DNA of 34,320 bases from Patescibacteria group bacterium (GTDB lineage: Bacteria; Bacteroidota; Ignavibacteria; Kapaibacteriales; DASPKH01): positions 1-34,320 of the forward strand of contig DASPKH010000392.1 of NCBI GenBank assembly GCA_035628175.1, written 5' to 3'. Positions 9,701-16,280 of the stretch are shown here, one piece after another. Under the pieces are notes generated by a model. That model did no database searches. It was given only the letters and a program-made list of their open reading frames with translations, and was not told the origin of the DNA. Each line of letters opens with the position of its first letter. Position 1 is the stretch's first letter. Both the position numbers and the translations under genes were made by a program.

Positions 9701-11241
9701 AGTCCAATGCAGAAGGTGCAGGTATCCGTTACCAGTGGCAGCGTGATGGCGTCAATATCCCAGGCGCAACTTCTGCAGCACTCCTTATTCCAAATTCAAA
9801 CGTAACACAAAGCGGCCAGTACCGCGTAGTGGTTTCTTCAGATGTGGAGTTTTTCCCACAAATTGTATCAGACTCAGCAACAGTCGTTGTTTATCCCATT
9901 ACAACAATCATAGACGAGCCGGAAGACCAGTTCACAGCATTTGGGCAGACGGTGCGCTTGAGCGTTGAGGCTATTACGCCGCCAGGAGCAACCTTCCAGT
10001 GGTATCGTGGTAATCAGCCACTGAGCGAATCCGCGCGCGTGAGCGGTACCCAGTCCAATGTACTTATGATCCAAAATCTCCAGCCAACAGATACAGCCAG
10101 CCGCTATTTTGTGCTTGTCAATGGTCTCTGCGGTGCACTTACGTCACGTCAGGTTTCTATCTCCGTACCGGGAGTAACCATTACCTCGCAGCCGGTGGCA
10201 AAAACAGTGTGTGAGGGTGATACTGCTGTTACATTCAGCGTCGCTGCCCAGCCGTCAAGCGGGACTATGTCAATCAGCTATCAGTGGCGTAAGGGTACGG
10301 TAAATCTGGTAAATAATTCACGTATCAATGGAGCTACCGGGCCAGTGTTGCGTATTCAAAACCCAACAACAGCAGATGCAGGAGATTACAATGTAATAGT
10401 GTCTCTCGGCTCTTCTTCCACAGGGATGCCATCATCTAATGCAGCGCTGACTATTAGAGCAACTGCAGCCATCATTACTCATCCCGTTTCACAGATAATC
10501 TGCCAGGGGCAGTCTACGCCGATTTTCATAACTGCTGCCGGTGATAATCTTACCTACCAGTGGCAAAAAGACAACCAGGATATCACAGAAGCTACAGGCA
10601 CAACATTTTCTCCATCGGCTACAGGCGCGTATCGTGTCATTGTTCGTAACGCATGCGGCGAGGTTATTTCGCAAACTGCAAATATCACGGTACAGCAGCT
10701 TGCTACTATCACTGCTCAACCTCAGGATGTTTCGTTGAATGAAGGTGGTACACTTACGCTTACGGTACAGGCGCAGAATGCTACGTCGTACCAGTGGATG
10801 CGCACCGGCAACGATATTCCGGGTGCCACACTTGCCACATATCATAAAGCAAATGTGACGGGCGACGATGCAGGCATCTATACAGTTCGCGCTATCAACG
10901 AATGCGGCAGTGCTCTCTCTCGAGAGGTACTGGTAGATATTGCCACTGGCATCAGCGAAACAGCAGAAATGAATAGATACCTTTTAAAAACCGGCGAACC
11001 AAATCCATTCAGCGAGGAAACACGCATCAGCTTTGAAACGCCGGTATATTCCCCGGTGACCATCACACTGAGCGATATTTCAGGCCGCACGATAGCAACT
11101 CTTTTACAAGGAAACATAGCAGGCGGAAGTCATTCATTGATTTTAAAAACAGCGGATCATCAGCTTGCAAGTGGCACATATTACATTATTCTTACAGCTC
11201 CAGATGTACAGCTCATGCGAAAAGTAGTTGTGGTGAGATGA
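6766..11241 (+). CDS. 1491-aa secreted choice-of-anchor-I-like beta-propeller protein with an inserted phytase-like esterase domain, five Ig-like repeats and a T9SS CTD (putative surface phosphoesterase)
   Basis: ATG 6766 gives a proper signal peptide ([33 protein letters not shown]). The TTG at 6721 used by the ORF track overlaps the promoter box. N- and C-terminal parts carry choice-of-anchor-I-type motifs ([92 protein letters not shown]). The central region (~7650-8740) has PF13449-like motifs (GGFSGL...[40 protein letters not shown]...VINDNDFGL). Confidence 0.9.
   Translation: [1491 protein letters not shown]
9643..10941 (+). repeat. Five tandem Ig-like (I-set-like) domains of ~87 aa
   Basis: The pattern recurs five times: (I/V)T.QP......G....L.V.A.G....YQW.+.G..I.GAT...L.I.N....D.G.Y.V.V.N..G...S..A.+.V. 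A representative segment is [35 protein letters not shown]. Confidence 0.8.
10981..11238 (+). other. T9SS type-A C-terminal sorting domain of the 6766-11241 protein
   Basis: [44 protein letters not shown]...[25 protein letters not shown]. Confidence 0.85.
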
Positions 11242-11272
11242 TCCTTTTTAAAAGGAAATGTTCTTTTGAAAA

Positions 11273-11307
11273 GCTGTAGTAGTTTTAAAAACTACTGCGG
11301 CTTTTTT
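11273..11307 (+). terminator. Rho-independent terminator after the 6766-11241 gene
   Basis: GCTGTAGTAGT (11273-11283) pairs with ACTACTGCGGC (11291-11301), including two G-U pairs valid only on the + strand RNA. TTTTAAAA lies at the apex (11283-11290). TTTTTT follows (11302-11307). Confidence 0.8.
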
Positions 11308-11375
11308 GTTTTACATAATCATTCTTATTCAGACTACTTTCAAAAAATTACAATTGCTTACAATTTCATATATTT

Positions 11376-11448
11376 CCCGTAATCCCCGCGCAAAACTCCC
11401 GTAATATTCGCCGCGTAACTTTGCAGCAATAATTCTCACCGTAATACT
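11376..11448 (+). promoter_or_regulatory. Candidate promoter/operator of the 11471 gene: CCGTAAT x3 around a TAACTTTG -7 box
   Basis: CCCGTAAT occurs at 11376-11383 and 11398-11405 (22 nt apart). TAACTTTG at 11416-11423 matches TAnnTTTG. CCGTAATACT lies at 11439-11448. ATG is at 11471, preceded by AAGGAAAAAC. Confidence 0.55.
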
Positions 11449-11470
11449 ACAATTTTAAAAAAGGAAAAAC

Positions 11471-12907
11471 ATGCGAAAGTCTACGCATTTTAAAAACGCT
11501 GCGCTTGTAGGCTCAACAATTCTACTTGGCATCGCTGGTTGCGAAGAAAATGATGTAACGCTTCCGGGACAAACCGACGTTATTTTAAAAAATCACTCCG
11601 TGACGCCCGCGCTCGTAAAAAATGTGATGCCGGGCCTGGAAGTCTACTCGCTCATGGGAAGCGACGACACATTCGAGCAATCGCCAAATTTCATATTCGG
11701 CGGTTCCGCTGACGGTGCCGGGCTTTTAAAAAACAGTGACGGCACGTATTCTTTCCTTGTCAATCACGAGGATAATTTCTCCGTTTCTCGCGTCACGCTT
11801 GACAAAACATTCAAGCCGGTAAAAGGTGAATACATTTTAAATTCTGACGGTGGGATGTATCGCCTCTGTTCAGCAACGATGGCAACACCCGCCGAGCACG
11901 GCTTTGGCCCGACATTCATTACATGCGGCGAGTCTGGTCCAGATTCTGAAATTCATGCAGTTGACCCTGTTTCAAAAAATTCTCAGATTTTAAAAGCATT
12001 CGGCCGCTGGAGTACCGAAAACGCCGTTCCACTTCCGAAATCAGCATACTCTGATAAAACAGTGGTCATTATCGGTGATGATGATTCTGGTGAACACGGT
12101 GGACAGGTTGCAATGTACGTAGGAAATAGTGGCGACTTAAATAACGGAAATCTCTATGTTCTTGCACGCACAAATGACAATATTAAGGAACGTGATATGG
12201 TGGCTGGTCAGAGCTACGCTGTAGAATTCCGCCAGATACCAAACCAAAAGTCACTGGCTCCTACGGAATTCAACACGAAGTCTACAGAGCTAAAGTCCAT
12301 CCAGTTTGGCCGCGTAGAAGATATCGATTACCGCAAAAATGCAGGACAGCGTGGCCGCGAATTGTATTTCACAGTGACAGGCCAGAACAATACCCAGGCA
12401 AATGCAGATTATTCCCGCACGAAATACGGCCGCGTATACCGCCTTGTACTTGATGCGAAAAATCCGCTGAAAGGAACGCTGGAAGTAATCCTGGACGGCG
12501 ACGACAGAAGCGGAATTGCAGGGAAATTTCAGAATCCTGATAATATCATGGTAGCCACAAATTATGTCTATATCCAGGAGGACCCGAACGGCTATGGCGA
12601 CGAAACCCACGACGCATACATCTACCAGTACGATATAGCAAGCAAGCAAATGAAAGTCGTAATGGAGCTAGACCACAAGCGCGGCGATGCAAAATATAAC
12701 GTTGGCGGTGACTCAAAATTCGGCACATGGGAATACGGTGCACTCATTGATGTTTCTGCTGAAACAAGTTCTGCAAATACATTTATGCTTGCCGTCCAGC
12801 CTCATTCATGGAGAGGCGATAAATACAAAAATCCTGACAGTGGTTCAAAACGCCCTGACGAAAACCAGGCAAGCCAGATACTTATGCTAAAAGGCCTTCC
12901 GAAATAA
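11471..12907 (+). CDS. 478-aa lipoprotein, PhoX/DUF839-like beta-propeller (putative phosphatase; distant)
   Basis: Lipobox LLGIAG|C. Layout and motifs resemble DUF839/PhoX: 'DGAGLLKNSDGTYSFLVNHEDN', 'RLCSATMATP...TCGESG' in place of NC(A/S)GG.TPWGT..(T/S)(C/S)EE, 'FGRWSTENAV', 'FGRVEDIDY', 'FQNPDNIMV...YIQEDPNGYG'. The functional call is tentative. Confidence 0.85.
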   Translation: MRKSTHFKNAALVGSTILLGIAGCEENDVTLPGQTDVILKNHSVTPALVKNVMPGLEVYSLMGSDDTFEQSPNFIFGGSADGAGLLKNSDGTYSFLVNHEDNFSVSRVTLDKTFKPVKGEYILNSDGGMYRLCSATMATPAEHGFGPTFITCGESGPDSEIHAVDPVSKNSQILKAFGRWSTENAVPLPKSAYSDKTVVIIGDDDSGEHGGQVAMYVGNSGDLNNGNLYVLARTNDNIKERDMVAGQSYAVEFRQIPNQKSLAPTEFNTKSTELKSIQFGRVEDIDYRKNAGQRGRELYFTVTGQNNTQANADYSRTKYGRVYRLVLDAKNPLKGTLEVILDGDDRSGIAGKFQNPDNIMVATNYVYIQEDPNGYGDETHDAYIYQYDIASKQMKVVMELDHKRGDAKYNVGGDSKFGTWEYGALIDVSAETSSANTFMLAVQPHSWRGDKYKNPDSGSKRPDENQASQILMLKGLPK

Positions 12908-12927
12908 TCTTCACCACATGTATATTG

Positions 12928-12961
12928 AAAGCCGCATGGGCCATCTGGCTTGTGCGGCTTT
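12928..12961 (+). terminator. Probable terminator hairpin after the 11471-12907 gene
   Basis: AAAGCCGCA (12928-12936) / TGCGGCTTT (12953-12961) form a 9-bp stem around a 16-nt loop that can pair internally (GCCA/TGGC). A T-rich tract follows (CTGTATTCTATTTTT). The long loop lowers confidence. Confidence 0.5.
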
Positions 12962-12997
12962 CTGTATTCTATTTTTAAAACCACATTTTAAAAAGCT

Positions 12998-14887
12998 ATG
13001 AGTAGATTTTTCCCTTTTCTTTTTTTGCTTTTTATCACAGCATGTTCGCAGCAGTGTGAAAATTCCTTTAAAAATATGTCTGCCGAAAAAGTAAAAGCGC
13101 ATTACATTGCTAATCTTCACAAGCTTGATTCTGCTCTCGCTGAACTAGAAGCTGCTGTTAAAAATAATCATGATGAAAAAACCATTCACGAGAAGTTTTT
13201 TAAAAGCCGCTTGTCGTATAAAAAAGTGGAATATCTCGCTGAATTTTACAATCCTGTGACGGCAGAAAATATGAACGGCGCGGCAATCCCAAAAGTAGAA
13301 GAAGACGATCCAAACCAAGTGACGATTGAGCCGACGGGTTTTCAGGTGATAGAAGAACTGCTTTTTCCACAATTTTTAAAAGAGTCTGAAGCAAAAGCGC
13401 TGATACTTATAAGCGGACTTCGCTCAGACACACGCCGTTTGCGGAAAATGGTAGCCGATCAGCAGGTGAGTGATGCTCATGTTTTCGCAGCGTTAAAAAG
13501 TGAAATTGTGCGTGTAATTGCGCTTGGGCTGGTGGGATTTGATTCGCCCGTCGCATTTTATTCCATTTCTGAAGCGCGATCGGCAATAGGAACAATTGAT
13601 GAAGTTTTGAATTTCTATAGAGACGATAATTCTTTTAAAAACGAATTTTCTGCTATTAAAAAGCTTGCTGCACAGACGAACGACTTTCTTTTAAAAAATA
13701 ATGACTTCGATTCGTTCGACAGGATTACATTCATCAGTGAATATGCAAATCCACTCTCAGTATCACTGACAAAACTCCAGACACTCTTAAAAATTGAACC
13801 TTCAGGCTCATTAAAACCTGTTTCTGCACACGCTGAAACAATTTTCGCGCGTGACGCTTTTAAACCTGAATATTTCGCGCCATCATATGCGCAGGATATT
13901 TCGCCGCAAAAAATCGAGCTTGGGAAACTGCTCTTTTTCGATCCTGTCCTGTCTGGCAATGGCCAACGTGCGTGCGCTTCGTGCCATAAGCCAGAACTTG
14001 CTTTCACCGATGGTCGTGCAAAAAGTATCGGCTTCAATTTTAAAAATGACGTTCCGCGCAATGCACCAACGGTGATTAATGCAGGTTTGCAGCGCAGCAC
14101 GTTTTACGACTTGCGTACGAGCTTTTTAGAAGATCAGGCTACAGCGGTTTTAAATAACGTTGATGAAATGCATAGTTCGCTTGATAAGGCTGTGAGCGAA
14201 TTGAGCGAAAGCAACGAATATTCTGCACTTTTTAAAAAGGCATTTGGGGGAAATGCAGTGAATGAACGAAATATCCGTACGGCGCTCGCAGCTTATGTCC
14301 GTTCGCTTACAAGCATGAATTCGCGGTTTGACAAATTCATGCGCGGCGAAAAATCTGCACTCTCAGCATCTGAAAAGAATGGATTCAATGTTTTTATGGG
14401 GAAAGCAAAATGTGGAACGTGCCATTTTATGCCGCTTTTCAACGGAACCGTACCGCCGGATTTTACGGAAACGGAGTTTGAAATAATCGGTGTTCCAGCG
14501 CACCCGGTTGGTTTTAAAAACAACAAGCTTGATGGAGACCAAGGGCGATTTAACGTTCATAAAATGCAATTGCACAAGGCCGCTTTTAAAACGCCCACGC
14601 TGCGGAATATTATACTTACCGCACCATACATGCACAACGGAATTTTTAAAACGCTGGAGGATGTGATTGAGTTTTATGACCTCGGCGGAGGCGCGGGAAT
14701 TGGCCTCGACGTTCCAAATCAAACATTGCCATCGGACAAGCTGAATTTGAGCGAAAGCGAGAAGTCTAATATCATCGCGTTTTTAAAAACGCTGACCGAT
14801 ACGGCAGATATTTCCGCGAAACCGGAAAGGCTTCCGCTTTTAAAAGGTGTGAGGTTTTTAAAGAGAAAAATTGGCGGCGAATATTAG
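12998..14887 (+). CDS. 629-aa lipoprotein, di-haem cytochrome c peroxidase / MauG family with a ~300-aa N-terminal extension
   Basis: Lipobox LFITA|C. Two haem c motifs are present: CASCH (13973-13987) and CGTCH (14411-14425). Family motifs are FTDGRAKS...RNAPTVINA, FMGKAKCGTCHFMPLFNG and FKTPTLRNIILTAPYMHNGIFKTLEDVIEFY. Confidence 0.92.
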   Translation: MSRFFPFLFLLFITACSQQCENSFKNMSAEKVKAHYIANLHKLDSALAELEAAVKNNHDEKTIHEKFFKSRLSYKKVEYLAEFYNPVTAENMNGAAIPKVEEDDPNQVTIEPTGFQVIEELLFPQFLKESEAKALILISGLRSDTRRLRKMVADQQVSDAHVFAALKSEIVRVIALGLVGFDSPVAFYSISEARSAIGTIDEVLNFYRDDNSFKNEFSAIKKLAAQTNDFLLKNNDFDSFDRITFISEYANPLSVSLTKLQTLLKIEPSGSLKPVSAHAETIFARDAFKPEYFAPSYAQDISPQKIELGKLLFFDPVLSGNGQRACASCHKPELAFTDGRAKSIGFNFKNDVPRNAPTVINAGLQRSTFYDLRTSFLEDQATAVLNNVDEMHSSLDKAVSELSESNEYSALFKKAFGGNAVNERNIRTALAAYVRSLTSMNSRFDKFMRGEKSALSASEKNGFNVFMGKAKCGTCHFMPLFNGTVPPDFTETEFEIIGVPAHPVGFKNNKLDGDQGRFNVHKMQLHKAAFKTPTLRNIILTAPYMHNGIFKTLEDVIEFYDLGGGAGIGLDVPNQTLPSDKLNLSESEKSNIIAFLKTLTDTADISAKPERLPLLKGVRFLKRKIGGEY

Positions 14888-15014
14888 ACGTTGAGAGATC
14901 AAGAAAACCATTTCTTAACATTAAATTTTCCGGAGGAATAGTGTGGTGAGTTGTGTAAATTAGCATAGCCACAATCTCGCACAAGCATTAATTTTTAGAA
15001 GCCCTTCCAGCAGA

Positions 15015-16232
15015 ATGAATTATACTGAATTGCACCCAGGCACGATGGTCCATGAGCATAACCGCCTGCACCGTTATTTTGGCAATCAGAGTCAGCCGCT
15101 TCATATAGATTCGGTTATCGCTGAGCTTCCTCTAAACGAATCTTCATTCCAGGAAAATGATCCGGTGGAGGCTGTGTCGGAGTTTTTACAGAGTAATCCC
15201 GCCATACCTGGTATTATTCTATATAACACTGATAAGAGCTATATTGGTGCACTATCGCGCAGGATATTTTTTGAAGCGCTGAGCCGGCCATTTAGTCTTG
15301 ACCTCTTTTTAAAAAAGTCTATTGGCAATCTTTTTGAAATGGTAGAAAGCGAGGAATTACTCCTGCTTTCTTCGGACACTCCCATTATCCTGGCTGTCGA
15401 AAAGGCCCTTGCGCGGCGTTCCTTTGATGATCCAGTCATTGTTGAATTTCCGCATGGTGAGTGGAGGGTGCTCGATGTGTATCATTTACTGGTGGCGCAC
15501 TCACATATACACCAAATCACGGTGAGCGCTTTAAAAGAGGCGAATGAATTGAAATCTGAACTGATGGGAATCGCTTCTCATGACCTTAAGAACCCACTTG
15601 GCGCTGTTATCGGCCTTTCAAAGATTTTAAAAGATGAGTCGGAAAATAACGAACAGCGTGAAATGGCCGGACAGATCTGCGAACTCTCGGCACATATGCT
15701 AAAGCTCGTGACGGGCCTGCTGAACTCATCGGCGGCTGAGTCGGGGAAATTGGAACTGAAGCTCGAATTTACCGATATGTATGAGCTTGCCTCAGCAATA
15801 GTCTACCAGAATCAACATCAGGCAGAAAGCAAAGGACAAACACTTAACCTGGCGTTGGACGACGGGGATGAATTTTTCGTAAATGCTGATGCTATGAGGC
15901 TTCGCGAGGCGATGGAAAACCTCGTGAGCAATGGCATTAAATATTCCCCTGCCGAAGCGCTTATTACCATCAGGCTTTTAAAACACAACGGAAAAATCCG
16001 TTTTGAGGTAAAAGACCAAGGGCCGGGGCTGACACGGGAAGATATGGAAAAACTCTTTGGAAAATTCCGCAAACTTACAGCGAAACCAACCGGCGGCGAG
16101 AGTTCAACGGGGCTTGGGCTGTACATTTCTAAGCAAATCGTTGAGCTCCACGGCGGCACTGTTTTTGCTGAAAGCAAAGCCGGCCACGGGGCGATTTTCG
16201 TCATAGAAATTCCATCGGTAGAGTCGGACTGA
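15015..16232 (+). CDS. 405-aa cytoplasmic sensor histidine kinase (unknown N-terminal domain + HisKA + HATPase_c)
   Basis: H-box GIASHDLKNPLGAVIGLSKIL (His codon 15579-15581). N-box LREAMENLVSNGIKYS. G-boxes VKDQGPGL and GGESSTGLGLYISKQIVELHGG. No transmembrane segment is visible. Confidence 0.9.
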   Translation: MNYTELHPGTMVHEHNRLHRYFGNQSQPLHIDSVIAELPLNESSFQENDPVEAVSEFLQSNPAIPGIILYNTDKSYIGALSRRIFFEALSRPFSLDLFLKKSIGNLFEMVESEELLLLSSDTPIILAVEKALARRSFDDPVIVEFPHGEWRVLDVYHLLVAHSHIHQITVSALKEANELKSELMGIASHDLKNPLGAVIGLSKILKDESENNEQREMAGQICELSAHMLKLVTGLLNSSAAESGKLELKLEFTDMYELASAIVYQNQHQAESKGQTLNLALDDGDEFFVNADAMRLREAMENLVSNGIKYSPAEALITIRLLKHNGKIRFEVKDQGPGLTREDMEKLFGKFRKLTAKPTGGESSTGLGLYISKQIVELHGGTVFAESKAGHGAIFVIEIPSVESD

Positions 16233-16280
16233 GTTTTGAAAACTCTCGTTCAGGTTGTTATTATTTATAAACTGCCACAT

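Noticed and set aside
16231-16245. GAGTTTTGAAAACTC between the convergent kinase genes as a bidirectional intrinsic terminator feature
   Set aside because: It forms only a 5-bp AT-rich stem with no flanking U-tract on either strand, which is too weak to annotate. I mention it only as an octamer-related palindrome.
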